Source: Yuukianura sp. NJ FZ-2021
Taxonomy: Eukaryota
DNA length: 64,000 nucleotides
Direction of reading: 5' to 3'
Assembly: GCA_046563655.1 (NCBI GenBank)
Contig: CM102287.1
Span: forward strand, 2,232,001 to 2,296,000
Numbering within the stretch: the first letter of the stretch is position 1; every line of letters begins with the position of its first letter. A program made the translations under genes and the position numbers. Under the pieces are notes generated by a model, which ran no database searches, was not told the DNA's origin, and was given only the letters and a program-made list of their open reading frames with translations. Positions 12,239 to 25,042 of the stretch are shown in pieces.

Positions 12239-12946
12239 CAGGTTTGTAACTTTTTTCCCAAATTAATATTTCTCTTATTTCTCTCTTATTTTACTTCCAA
12301 CCCTCCAAAATTCTAACAACAAATCAATAGAATCAACAAAACGTTAGGAACCTAAACCTAAAACCTAAACTACAACAAGAAACTTCCTGCTTTTATTCTG
12401 AAAGTACAACGCTACTAGCACGCAGCCCAACTTTTTAGAAACTTCTAAAGCAGAGACTGATTTTTTTTATTTTTAGAAAACTCCAACGCTCAACTACTCC
12501 AGGTATCTCAAGGAACTAATCACATTCAAGTGAATCAACTAATGAACTTCATAATTTTTAATAATGACGATTCAATCAATCAGTGCTAAAATCCGTCAAG
12601 TTTTTGCGTTTGACAATAAACTCTTGTTTTGCAAAATTTCTACACTCTTCCACACCCAAACCTTGGAATCTGAAACGTGGAAATTGTAAAGATTAGCTTT
12701 AATTCGTGGTCACAAACCCCTAAGGAAAATTTTCACTCATCATGCCATTTAAAAAGTTAACAAAATCCCATGTTAGCTCTCCCAATCATTCTTCTTTTAA
12801 TTCCCTTCTCAATTGTCGCAGTACAAAAAGAGGAATACAATGAAACCTAAGTTAGGTAATTAATTAGACTGTAGAGGATGAGAGGTTAGCGTTACTAACT
12901 TACACATAATCTCTTGTAACTTAACATTCAAATACGCATGCGGAGT

Positions 12947-13888
12947 TTAAGGGTGAATCGTGTTTCGTTTCTTTTTGGTGAGGTCCACACGAGCGTAGAG
13001 ATTGGTGACATTGTCGTCGAGGAGCGGAGTAGGACCATCCACTGCCTCTGCTACGCATGGACTCTGGCCACTCGACTCCTTCCTTTTGTCCAAGTCCTCG
13101 GCAGACTCCTGGAGTCGTTCATAGGGCGGTGTGTACTTGACCTGTTCGTACAAACTCCCGTCTTCATCAGACTCCGGAGGAAGGGCGGGTGGGAGACAAC
13201 TGGAACCATCCTCACTCTCTCCTTTCCGCTTGATCTTTTCATAGCCATGTTTGAGAGCACTTGGATTCCCATGAGTGGGCAGAGGGGGGCCCTTGACCTT
13301 CTCATACATTTGGTCCTCTTCATCCTCCTCCTCAGACTCCTCGGCTCCTCTGCGCCCAATCTTCTGGTAGACGTTGTTCCTCTCTCCGATTTGTTGGTTG
13401 TAGTCCGTGGGACTTCTGTTGGTCAGTGCTGTGTAGGGATGGTGGGCTGGATCCTTCCAACTGTCTCCACTCCGCTCCTCCACCTTGGAGTAGTGCCCAT
13501 CTTCAGTCCTGGAATGGACAGTTGTGTCCAGAGGAGGAAGTGGGGGTGGAGCACAAATTTCAGCATTGGGATGATGGGGGATGGTGTTGGTGGTCGTTGG
13601 ATAGGGGAGTGTTCTGCTGTAAGAAGCGATTGGGACGCTCTCAGGCCGCCGACGAGAAGGAAGGCGGGATGTCGTTCTCACTTCGGCCACAATGTTGTAG
13701 TTGTCTTGATCCAGAAGGTCCACTCCAGTGGAGGTTGTTGGTTTGGAAGCAAAGGGGGCCTCTCGAATCACTTCGAATTCAGAGTAATTAATATCAGCCT
13801 TTGACCACCGTCGAATCTCTGCGCCTCCTTCTGCCGCATCCGACGGAGTGTGATTGTGTCGCTTGTGAGATGAAGACGAAACACTCAT
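12947..13888 (-). CDS. Intronless 313-aa disordered protein with many YxxV/I/L motifs (SH2-docking adaptor-like)
   Basis: Open ORF containing YSKV, YTAL, YQKI, YEKV, YEKI, YEQV, YERL and LYARVDLTKK plus PxxP tracts; no transmembrane segment or signal peptide. Confidence 0.6.
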   Translation of the reverse strand: MSVSSSSHKRHNHTPSDAAEGGAEIRRWSKADINYSEFEVIREAPFASKPTTSTGVDLLDQDNYNIVAEVRTTSRLPSRRRPESVPIASYSRTLPYPTTTNTIPHHPNAEICAPPPLPPLDTTVHSRTEDGHYSKVEERSGDSWKDPAHHPYTALTNRSPTDYNQQIGERNNVYQKIGRRGAEESEEEDEEDQMYEKVKGPPLPTHGNPSALKHGYEKIKRKGESEDGSSCLPPALPPESDEDGSLYEQVKYTPPYERLQESAEDLDKRKESSGQSPCVAEAVDGPTPLLDDNVTNLYARVDLTKKKRNTIHP

Positions 13889-13958
13889 CCATTCTCATCA
13901 CGATCCAGTTCAAAAGTACTGTCTGGAACTCGTTTAACTTTCATCTCCATCAATCTCA
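13870..13958 (+). pseudogene. CTDNEP1: Third CTDNEP1/Dullard fragment (exon end plus intron start)
   Basis: Encodes DETLIHSHHDPVQK, followed by a sequence highly similar to the intron at 6308-6349. Confidence 0.8.
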
Positions 13959-14149
13959 GGACCACATGAAGTGACGGATTCAAAGAGATAAAAATGGACT
14001 GGAAAGAAAGCGCCACAAATAAAATGGAAATGAGAGGAATGATTGGTTCGGAGTTTGTGCTTTATTCATTGGCTGCAATGGGAGATGTAGTGTTGACCAT
14101 GTGAACTGTTGATTGTGGGACTGAATTTCTTAAGGGCTCCGGTCGTCAG

Positions 14150-16761
14150 TCACGGTTTGTTGGAAGAGTTGGGTGGTTGATTTCTCTTTGGCGGGCGAGG
14201 TTCCTGAGGCCGCCATCCGTTGGGGATTGGATGATAGGTGGGTCTTGGATGGGGAGACCAAGGAAGGGACACATTCCCACTCCCCCGTCCATACAGTCCG
14301 CCCCACCCCCACGACTCAGCCGCTTCCGCCCAACGACCCAGGCCAGACCCACCACCCCGCCCCCAACTCCCCTCTCCACCCGAACTCCACACCCACGGCC
14401 AACCTGCAAACAAAAGAAACGTTGTACTGACGTTGAGGGTTTTGTTGAGAAGGAACAAGACCTCTGCGTTAGAGACACTTCTGAAGTGAGGTTGTGGTGG
14501 AATGTGCTGGATCCACGAATGAGACTCCACCAAGTCCCCACCCACTGACCACCATCACCCAAGCAGCACAAAAGTTTCAAACAATCTTAGCCCGAATCCC
14601 CATCTAAACTTCAACTTGGCCCCCCCTTCGAAGGGGACTTGGGACTAAAAGAGTGAAAGTGACTTACCAAAGTCTCCTCTGCCCATTGGTCCCCCACGCA
14701 TCACCCCTCTTCCTCTCAGTCCCAGTGGAGGCACAATTCTACAACACAGCGACATTAGACAGGACAAGGAAAGTGAAGCGACTCCCACTTACGCCATGTT
14801 CCTCTGCTGGGCCATGGCTGCCATCATTCTGCGCTCTCTCGCTCTGAGCACTTCCTCCTTTTTCCGTTTGTCAGATGGAGGTTTGGCCAGTGAAATGTCA
14901 ATCAGGGACCCACACACTTCCTTCCCACTCAAACTCTGCAGAGCACTCTCCGCTGACTCACGACTCTCGTAGTGCACAAAGGCGTAATCCTAAACAAATG
15001 AAAGTAAAGTGAGCAGTTCTCAAAGTGAAACGATCTCTCCAATCCTAGTCCTTACTTTGATTTTCTTGACTCGATCCACATGTCCATGAGCCTCAAACAC
15101 TTCCTTGAGCCTCTCCTCGCTCACATCCTGCGTCAGATTCCTTACGTAGAGCACTTTCACTTTGGCCATCGTGTCTTCATCTGGTTCCTCCTGAGGGTCA
15201 GCCCAGTCCACTGCAAAACAACAACAAATGAGACCAAAGACAGAGGAGAGGAGACTGAGAGTTACCGATGATGTCTGAGCCCCACACTTTGACTCGAGAG
15301 GTGCCGAGTCGTCGCTTGGCGAGAGACGCTGATTTGTGAGACTCGTACTCTAGGAAACAGAACCCTCGATTCTTCTTCCTGTCGTCCGGTGAGCTGTAAA
15401 TGATGATCTCCTTCAATCCCGCTGAAACAATCAGGCCATCATTAACTTTGTTTCATAAAGGAATAAAGTGACTTACGAGCGTGTTTGGAGAACTCTTCGT
15501 ACAGTTCGTGTTGGTCTCTGTTTTTGGGGATGTTGCCTACAAAGAGACGATGATTATTGTACGAAATGGTCACTCCGATCTTCTTCCCCTTCCGAACTTC
15601 ATGGTCATCCAGCTAAAAAGAGAACCAAATGGTTGGAATGTGCCTAAATGAAATGGACGTAGAACTGACCTGTTTGACAGCCTGTTGAGCACCTTCCTTG
15701 TTTGTAAAAGTCACAAAAGCGTAGCCTCGATTCAAGCCAGAGGCAGCGTCCCTGCATTAAAACCACTTTTGGTTACTGCCTTTGAAATAGTTGATTTGTA
15801 AGATTTTACATCATGAGTCTCAAGTCCCAGATGACGCCGCATTTCTCAAACAGAGGGATCAACTCATCTTCGTACATGTCCTTTGGTATTTTCCCACAGA
15901 AGATCTAGAGCACAACCAAAATACTGCTAAGTTGCCAGGAGACTAGAGTTAAGATAGAGGTGACTCACTTCACATCCGATGCCAGGCTGATATCCCTCCC
16001 AGTTTGGTGGTGGGCCTCCGTACTTCCTTTGTCCCGTCGTCACGTCGAGCGAGTAGCCAGTTCTCTCCAGCACTGCTCGGATTTTGTCTTCGTCAGGACC
16101 CTTCCCACTGCAACAAACAGTTTTATAGACTCAAGTAAAGGAGGCAGTTGTTGGTGACTTACTTTTGGAGTAAATGTGTCGTGACAGACTGACCAGATCG
16201 GAGTTTTTGTCTATATGTTTTCATGACTCCGCAGAGATAAGCGGACTTGTTGGAGACATGCTCCAGATTGGAGTCCAGGAACTGCTTAAGCACCCTGCAA
16301 TTAGCACACCTTTACAATTAGAACACTGGAGAGGAGGAGGGGACTTACGCCAGAGCCCCTTCCACTGGGAACTCCTTCAGGGCATCCAGGGCCCTCTCGT
16401 CCAGGTCACTGTGCGCCAACTTCCCTAAACACAACACAATCGTTAGAGAAGGAAAGGGGGAGACAAGGTCAAGGGCTACCTGTGTTGTACACTTCGTCCA
16501 GCTTCCCAGCCACTTTCTCGTCCACTGAAAACACAAAACACAGTCAGACAGTGTTCATCCACTACTCAACAGTCACTTACGCCCGTAGTCGATCAGTTTC
16601 TTGTAGTCAGCTGATGGACCACTGCCACTCTCCGTCCCACCTTCCCCTCCTCCACACAACTTCAAGTCCTCCAGCTTAGAGGTCAACGTCTCCACGGAAG
16701 CCCCACCCACAGCCACACCATCCCCACTCAGAGTCACCTGTCCATTCCCACTGCTAGCCAT
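14150..16761 (-). CDS. SYNCRIP: Syncrip/hnRNP Q/R RNA-binding protein (acidic N-terminus, 3 RRMs, Trp/Gly-rich tail)
   Basis: [77 protein letters not shown] across many short GT-AG introns. Confidence 0.95.
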
Positions 16762-17251
16762 TCTGAAACACAAAACAACTTGAATTATATGTGAACGTGG
16801 CACAAGGTCAACTCAGCTCCATCATATGGTACCAATTCCTAACTTACAAACTAAAGGAAAAGACACTCACTTACCCAATTATAAAAATAGAGTGTGGATA
16901 ATTTAGAATTTTGAACTAATTGGAGTAATTTAAAATTAAAGTAAATCAATTGGGCAAATTTCTACGCCGAATTGAACCGGTGTGAAATATGGACGTGACG
17001 TCGTGTGGACTCCCAGCACAACACCACACTTTCCCTATCCAACTCCCTTCCCAACCGTATGGATCTCAAACCAAAATCACCACCTAATCACATCCCACCA
17101 CTCCAACACCCAGACACACCAAATTCTAAAAACAATAATCAACACTTCACACCAACTCAAATGACAACGACAAAAGACGTGAGGGACTTGAAAGTATTTT
17201 ATGAAAAGAGTTCCAGCTACTTTCCATTCCCTACACAAGACCTACAAACGC

Positions 17252-17899
17252 TTATGTGGTTGGTGGGACGTTAAGGCGCTGGAACTGGGCAGTCACTCCA
17301 CTTGAATGACTCAGTTCCGTTTGAAGGCGCAAGAGATTCCCCGTCCCAATGCGACACTGAAGCAGACACTCCTGCATCTGTTAAATTCCATTCGGAAATT
17401 AATCAACTCAAAGAGACAGAGATGAAAGATGAAGTTTTTGAGTGTGACCTGCATTTGGGTGTTGGAGAGATTGTGGGATAACTTGTCCAGTCGCCTTGTA
17501 CTTTCCACTACTGTCTCTTCCAGGAAACTTTGAGAGAGGCCTTTAAAGAGACTTCTGTTCCGCTCCACGAGTGTCCGATGCTTGAATGGATCCAAGGATT
17601 TCAAGAGTGAGCCCGGAGGAGGCTCTTTGTCCTTGGGAGAGAGGTGAATGGTGAGGGGTTCCACTGGAGGAACAGACTGCCCTGTCACTGCTTCCTCTTC
17701 TGAAACAAAACATGACATTGTGAATAAATTCACAAGTAGGAGTGGAGGAACAGTGACCTTGTTCGACGTCTGACTCTGGAGCTTCTCCTGAAATGACACG
17801 CCCCTTCAATTCCCCATGGCAAACCGACCGCTCATACTCAGATTCCTCTTCATCAGATGACCCTTCAAAACTCACTTCCCCTTGACCTACAGCAGTCAT
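17252..17899 (-). CDS. BLOC1S3: BLOC-1 subunit 3-like (3 coding exons)
   Basis: VISGEAPESD motif followed by a coiled-coil-like region (LVERNRSL...LSHNLSNTQMQ|MQECLLQCR); the spliced frame is open. Confidence 0.6.
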
Positions 17900-18979
17900 T
17901 CCCCTCAGATGTCGCCACCAACTCCAACTAAAAACAAACATTGTTCATGAGCTGATTTAGAAACTTGGTCCACTGCTCAACTATTAGGATTTAATAAACT
18001 TACCTCTCTCGTCCTCAACACTCAAATAAGGGGCCCACGGGATAGTAGACACACAGGCACTTGCTACAACATGAATTACAAGGATTAGTTAAATTATATT
18101 TCAATTAGTTGGGATTAGAGGTAGGGACTGTTGTCAACTAACAGATTCAACCTCTCATACCAATTAATTAAGTTTAATTAAGAATAAATTGATTACCTGT
18201 CTCTTCTTTCGTCTCTCCTTCATTCATTTGAGATTTGGAAGTTCCAGTTTAGTAGTTGTTTTGACAATTGAATTTTTGAAATGAGTTCCCGCACTTTTGT
18301 CTCAAGTTCAAAACCTAGAATTGTCTAATTCTGAGGTAACCATATGAGCAGCTTCTGTTGTTTTCCTAGGATTAGCCTCCAGCAGAGGAGGAAACTTGGT
18401 TAGCTTTTCGGTCCGCACTCCTGGTCGAAATTCACATAAATAGTGGAGAGGAGTAACATCCAACTCCTCTCACTCTCATATAAAAGGGAACACGAACCAA
18501 AATCTCCTCAGACCACAACGAAAAGAACAAAAACTAGAGTTAGTGACTGATTAAATGAGTAACTTCCAACTGAATTTGAATTGATTAGGAATATTAGTAA
18601 CTCCTGTGTTTGATATTTGTGGTGATTAATTGATTCGTGGTTCAGATGACAAATGAGAATGGAGTAGACGGAGAGTAACTTAATTAGATTCTTCCAATCT
18701 CCAATTAAGTGCTAAGGTTGTGTTGATTAAATTCAATTGATCGGAGTAACGGGAAGTTTATTGAGAGGAAGGAAAGCGAACTGAACAAGGGTAAGTGTCT
18801 AATCTCAAAACGTTTGACTTATCCGAGTATCCCACTAACGAATCACTTATTTTAGTGAGGTGAAGAGGGAATACTTGGGAGAGTGCCGTTGGTCGTTCGT
18901 TGGGTCACTCATCTGGACCATCCTGGGGAAGTACAAGTGGAGGAGGAGCAGCAGCGGTGGTCACCACCACCCTCTCAAA

Positions 18980-20117
18980 ATGGTAACTTACTTTGCTGCA
19001 CCAGTTGCCAAGGAAGTACTGGACTTGTTTGTTTACAGCACAAACTCAAGTCCGCTCAGAGAGACAAGGTCAAGCGGTTCGTGTCCTTTACGCAGACGAG
19101 TGAGCAGTTGGCTATCCATTGTCTCGCTCAACACGACTGGAAGTTGGAACTGGCATCCGACGCCTACTTCCAGAACCCAGAAAACTACTGGAGAGAAGCC
19201 ATGAGTGGAGGGGCGAAGATCTCTCCCTCTGCAGTGGACCGCAAGAAGATTGACCAACTCTTCAACAAGTACAGAGGTACTTTACTTTAACTTTTGAACG
19301 TCAAGTACTGGAGTGAATGCTAACTTGGTGGTTGATTTGTAGATCCGCATGACTGTGACAAGATGGGGGCGGAAGGAACGTATCGCTTTCTGCAGGATCT
19401 CAGCCTCCCTGCGGACTCTCGTCTCGTTCTCATCATGGTCTGGAAGATGAAGGCGGGCACTCAGTGCGAATTCACACGAGAGGAGTTTGTGAGCGGAATG
19501 CAGGACATGGGGCAAGTCATTCTCAGTCTTCGGTGGGGCACATACATTACTGTCCTTTTTGTTTCCAGGGTGGATTCGGTGGAGAAGCTGAGGACGAAAC
19601 TGGGAAGTTTAGAAAAGGAAGTGATGAGAGAAAGTGACAAGTTTCGTGACCTGTACATTTTCTCCTTTTCATATGCGAAGAATCCGAATCAGAAAGGAAT
19701 TGAGCTGGAAATGGCAAGTCAATTGAGAAAACAAATATAAATATTTAGTAATAGTGTTGGATTGTAGGCAATACCGTATTGGAATATCCTTCTGCAAGGG
19801 CGCTTCCAGCTCCTGTCGCTCTGGACTCAGTTTCTCCAGGTAAGTGACTACTCACTCCTCTCCACTTCTGTTTGTGACTCTGTTTTTGAGCAGGAGGAGC
19901 ACAAGCGGTCCATTCCTCGTGATACGTGGGTTCTGCTCCTCGACTTTTCTCAAACCATTTCAGCTGACCTCAAGAACTACGACGAAGAGGGTAAGGCATA
20001 CTTTGACTGTTTAAGTCCAGTGGTTTGATTTTGGTGTGGATAGGTGCGTGGCCAGTGCTGATTGATGACTTTGTAGAATGGGCTCGTCCACGACTGAACT
20101 GTTTAGCCAAAGCATAG
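18980..20117 (+). CDS. DCUN1D1: DCN1-like neddylation E3 (DCUN1D1/2)
   Basis: [71 protein letters not shown]. Confidence 0.95.
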
Positions 20118-20246
20118 ACTCCGCCAGTGTCCGAGTCAACTCAGCTACATTTTCCTTTATTTCCGTCGAATAAATAACTTTGAAGTAATAAATAGTAGGA
20201 ATGTGACACTTTGTTCTGTACAATTAGACTGACTGGAGGGACTTGT

Positions 20247-23200
20247 TCAAGTGCAGTGGATGGGTGTGGGGCCAGAGTGGGTGGGGCGTGGGTCTTCCTC
20301 CACCTTGATGTCAATGTCCATGTTGACAGGATATCCCTCCTCATGACCCTCAATGTCAATCAAGTCTAAAAGAGAAAGAACAGAGTAACACTTTGAATTG
20401 AGACTTAAAGAGAGGGAGAGTGACCTTGGCTGTTGTCTGAGTGGGGGTACTTGAAGGGAGAGTTGGCGGGTGGAGTGGTGGAGTCCAGCGTGAGTTCGTC
20501 TTCTGGTCGGGGGCGACAAGTCGTAGTTTTCCAGTGCGTCCTCAGTCCACTGGCGGAGATGTAGCCCTTGGAGCAAGTGGTGCAGATGTAAGGCCTCTCG
20601 TTGTTGTGCAGTCTCTTGTGCAGTTTCAAATGGACAAACTGTGTGAATTTGGCTGGACAGAGATCACAGGCCTACAACAAAGGACAGTCATTAGTGTTGT
20701 CTTTTCATGAAATGTTGGACATGTAAGTCCCATTCACTTACATAGGGCTTCTGTCCCGAGTGGAGTCTGAGGTGGGTCTTGAGATTGGAAGTGCTGGAGA
20801 ATCGCTTCTGACAAATATCACATTCATGTGGCTTCTCCCCTGCAACAAGTCAAACGTTAACACCTCCCCTTCAACTTCATAAATTGTTTAATACCTGTGT
20901 GGACCAAGTGATGCTTCTGGAGGTGGGCCAACTGCGTAAAGCTTTTAGTGCAAACATTGCATTTGAAGGGTCTCTCCCCCGAGTGGGTCCTCAGATGAAC
21001 CTGGAAAGAGACCAAAGTTAGGACTGCGTGGGGGCCCTTGAGCTGGACACTCACCTTCAGATTGCTCAGTTGGCCGAATGTCTTGAGACAAATGTTGCAC
21101 TCGTAGTGCATCTTCCCATCCTTCTTCTTGAGTGGGTAGGGCAGACTGCGATATCCTCTGCTGCCGGGACTCAGACTTCCATCAGAGTCTTCCAAGTCCC
21201 TCCCTTGGCTACTCTCAGATCCACTTCCGGCGGGAGACACGAGGAGGGGACTTAGTTCCTTCAAGTACCCTCCCAAACTGCCCAGACTCCGATTTGGTTG
21301 TGTCAAGGGCCCAGGGAAAGGGTGGAACTGACCATACAGCCCCTGACTCCTCTCCGGATGCACAAAGAGACTTGGAGAAGGGGGGACTTTGTGGTAGTGG
21401 CTCAAAAGTCCACTGTAGGACCCACAATCCTCTGCCATGTGAGTGGTGCCGAATGGTGGAGGAAAAGTGTTGAGCAAAGGGCCCCCCTTGCATTCCGTGT
21501 CCTGTGGCGGTGGGACTGAGTATCTGATTGATTTCTTGTAGTGGTAAGGATCAGTGACGACAGAGGGTGGGCCCTTGGGTGGAACCTGCCCTTCCTTTTC
21601 CGCTTGGAGTCGGCGCAGAAGAATGGTTTCCAAAATGGAGCCTGGACTGGAAGTGTCACTTGGACCAGATGAAGCGTCTTGAGTGGAAGTTGTGGGTGGG
21701 ACTGGATGATTTTCCAGTTGCGGAGGAGGTTTAGTAGGAGTGGTTGGACTGGGTTCTCTGTTCCCAGTTGGAGAGAGTGAAGAGTCCTTGAAGGCCCTTG
21801 ACATTTTGATTTTGACTTTTCTGAACTCGTTGGCTGGCGGGGGGAGGGATGGTTTGTGGCTGAAGTCAAGGACGTAGTTGTCGTAGTCAGAGTCTGAGTC
21901 CTGTGGTGGAGTCAGTGCAGGGTCATCTGAGTACCCGTGACTTGTGTACCCTTCGTCCGACCGAACACTTCCGTCAGGGGGCGTGAGTTGTCCGTGGCTC
22001 AGTTCGAAGTCTTTGGGGGACGGCATGGCGTCCTTCAACTTGTCTCCACCGTCCCCTCCATTCACTTGCTCACCTAAACAAAAATGGATCAGCATCTCTG
22101 TTTTTGAAAGTAAAAGTAAGAGTTATTTACGGATTCTCTGGAGCATCATTTCTCCAGTGAGGGGGTAGTTGAGTCTCTGTGCGAATTCTTTGCAGTACCA
22201 CACGAGCAGCTCCTCATTCGGAAGGATTGGTTTCACAGTGTAGAAATAAATTTGCATCTGCAATCAGAGTCACTAATTACTTCCATGTCATTCCTTCAAA
22301 TGTACTTTGTTCAAATGAATTGGTAAAAATGAAGATGTTCAAAGCCAATTGGTTCAAAACTTAAGTTCCTCCATCAAAAAATTTTGAAGGAAATCGAAAA
22401 CAATAACGATTAATTCCTTCAAAATTTGGAAATTTCCAATTAATTTAGAACTATGATTTGGTCCAGAGTGAGTTGTTGGAGACTAAATTCCAGAATGTGG
22501 AATCGAACTTTGCAATGAACTTGGAAAAAAAAATGTGACCGATCGTAACTTAATCTGACTATCCTCCCTTTTTTAAAAGTTGTTTGAAAATTTTATGAGT
22601 TTTTGACTAGGAACAAATTGGTTTTGAAGGAATAGATTTGAATGAATGGCGTGGTGCCATGAACGGTGAATATTTTGTAAAGTTGAATGTGACTTACTTT
22701 GTACTGACAAGCGATGAGATTCTGAGCCTCTGAGGAGTAGGAGGGATTGACAAAGCGCATCCAGTTGGCCTTGGCCACATCGAACCCATCGATGTAAAAG
22801 TACACTTGGTTCTTCTTGTAAACCTACAACACAAAGTGACAAAGTGACAAAGTGATTGTGGAGGTACTTGACCTCTCCCTTTGACCTTACCCTCCAGAAG
22901 AACTGTCTGTTGGTGAGTGGAGGCACTTCGTTGGCCGGGTAGATTTGTCCAGCAAAGGGGCCAAACCGAGTGCCGGCCGGAATGTAGTCGCGACTCCACA
23001 CGCCCTGGGCCTACAAAAAACAAATTAAACACTGCCGCCCACTCTTGTCCTCCTACTTACGTCTGGAAGAACGGCGGATGGCTTGAAGGTCAGATTGCGC
23101 GGCAGAGAGGTCAGTGCCCTGTTCCCTTCTCCAGGGTCAGTCGGCAGGTCAGGCACAAAGTACACTGCAAGGGCCTCAAAGTCCTCCTCCCTCAACACAG

Positions 23201-23294
23201 CGACGTCCCAGGATCCATCCGGACGCAAGTGGACAGGAGTGTCCATCATTTCTGCAACAAGATCCAACTCTGAGGAAGTGGCCACTGGAATCAT
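20247..23294 (-). CDS. PRDM1: Blimp-1 / PRDM1 (PR/SET domain + 5 C2H2 zinc fingers); start codon uncertain (23294 or 23249)
   Basis: [73 protein letters not shown]. Confidence 0.95.
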
Positions 23295-25042
23295 AAACCC
23301 ACAAACAACTTGTTTACTTTTCCCACTTAACGACCCATTGTCTCTTCCCAGAAGTCCTTTTACTCCCTTTCACCCAGGTCACACTTTCCCCACTTTCTCT
23401 CTCAACACGCACACAACCTTCACCTAATTCTGGTGGCACACTTCACTCCACAACACTATTCTTACTCTTTCTACAATTGACTGGACTTGAGACTGGTCGA
23501 TGGGCCTTGAGTCTCTCTAACCAATGTCACTCTGGGCCACGACTCAAAAGTGACTGAAACTAAAAGAGTCTAATCTCCGTTTCCCACTAAAAAGTGACCT
23601 TCTCAGAAGTTTATTTTGAGAGGAAAGGTAGAGGATTAGGAGTTTCAATTGAAACTTGTTCCTTGTTCAACTAAAAGTCCAATGGAAGATGGAGTGAATG
23701 AGAGGGGTGAAAGTGGGTCTGTTCCCCCGTGGGAGGAATAGCCGTCTCAACCGGTGGAATCCCGTTCTTATGCAATGTGGGAAGTGGGTTGAGTGGGGCA
23801 GTGGGACCAAGTTCAACAACCTCAACGGGGTGGGATGGCTGAGTGACCGAAAGGAAAAAGGACAATGAACTCAGAGACCCACTTTCCTCCAGATCTCGAC
23901 AAGAGTAAAAAGAGAAGAACAGTTAACCTGTCCCGTTATCTTATAAATAGTCTTCATCCCCCTCCCTCTCACTAAAAAGTGGATCCAAGAGCAGTTCCAA
24001 TCCTAACACAAAATTACCATCTATTGTCCTCCTTTAAACTCAAAACTGTCCTTGATTCATAATCAAGTACCCTCTGTTAAATTAGGAAATGGAAAAAGAG
24101 CCCTTACCCAATTAGATCCAGTCTTTTGGAGTTGTGTTCATTCGTCGTATGTCACTGGAGATTAACTGAGGTCACAAGGTCACTTTTCAATTTGGGGGAA
24201 AGGAGCGGGGAAAGTGGGGAAAGGTGTTTTGCCTCCCAGAGTCTGAGTGAGTGTGAGGAGAGTGAGATGAGATGAGCTGAGTGTTGTCTCAGATCACCGT
24301 TATTCCCACCCTATTGAGTAATGTTGAATGTGTAAAGAAAGGAAGAATCCAGTTAGAAATGCAGAAGACGTAACGGGAGGAGGGAAAGGGGTCGTGGTGG
24401 GACTCTCACCTTTCCTTTCATCCCCCACCAACAGTACTTTCAACGCCACTCACAACTTCCACCGTCCTTTCAACTTTTTACAACCTACTGTCTTTCCGTC
24501 CAAATTCAACACTGGCTTCTAACTTATCCAAATTATTCTGAGAATACTAAAAAACAATGGTTTAAAAATTGTTTGACCCAAAGGGATTAAGGACTACTGG
24601 GAATTGTGAGTTATTGTTGAAAGAGAGTGGAGTCATTGTTGAGCAGTCCCTTGAATACTTTTAACTTGAGAAGTTGAGGGTCAAGGGAGTTCATGCCCTT
24701 CACTTTATCCAAAGTCAAGTAAAGGGAGTGACCTTGTGGAGATCCTCACCCTCAACCTTGACTCAAGAAAGTGAGTGAAAGTGCACAGAGTCCTTGAACG
24801 GAGATGGAAGTCCCGTTATGTACAGGTGATCTCCTCTGGACCATCTCCACTCCAAGTCCCGTTCCCACCTTGACCTTCACCCAATTCCATCCCTTCTTCC
24901 TCTCAACTTCACCCTCCCCATTCAAAATACCATGACAACCCCAACTCTCTTTGTTTGTAAACAAATCCCAAAATAAAAGTGAGGAAACTTACCAAAATCC
25001 GAGTTGGAAAGTGAGTTGTTTGGAGACGGAAGTGAGTTCAAA

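Noticed and set aside
12343..12372. CCTAA-like repeats (AACCTAAACCTAAAACCTAAAC) as an interstitial telomere
   Set aside because: Only three irregular units in AT-rich DNA.
12405..12430. CTAG as the Helitron end bounding the pseudogene mosaic
   Set aside because: No adjacent GC-rich hairpin, so I cannot delimit an element.
12938..13804. 288-aa plus-strand ORF
   Set aside because: Antisense shadow of the 313-aa minus-strand ORF, which has coherent motifs.
18856..18979. N-terminal extension of DCN1
   Set aside because: No in-frame ATG, and the upstream exon has an in-frame stop; treated as 5' UTR.
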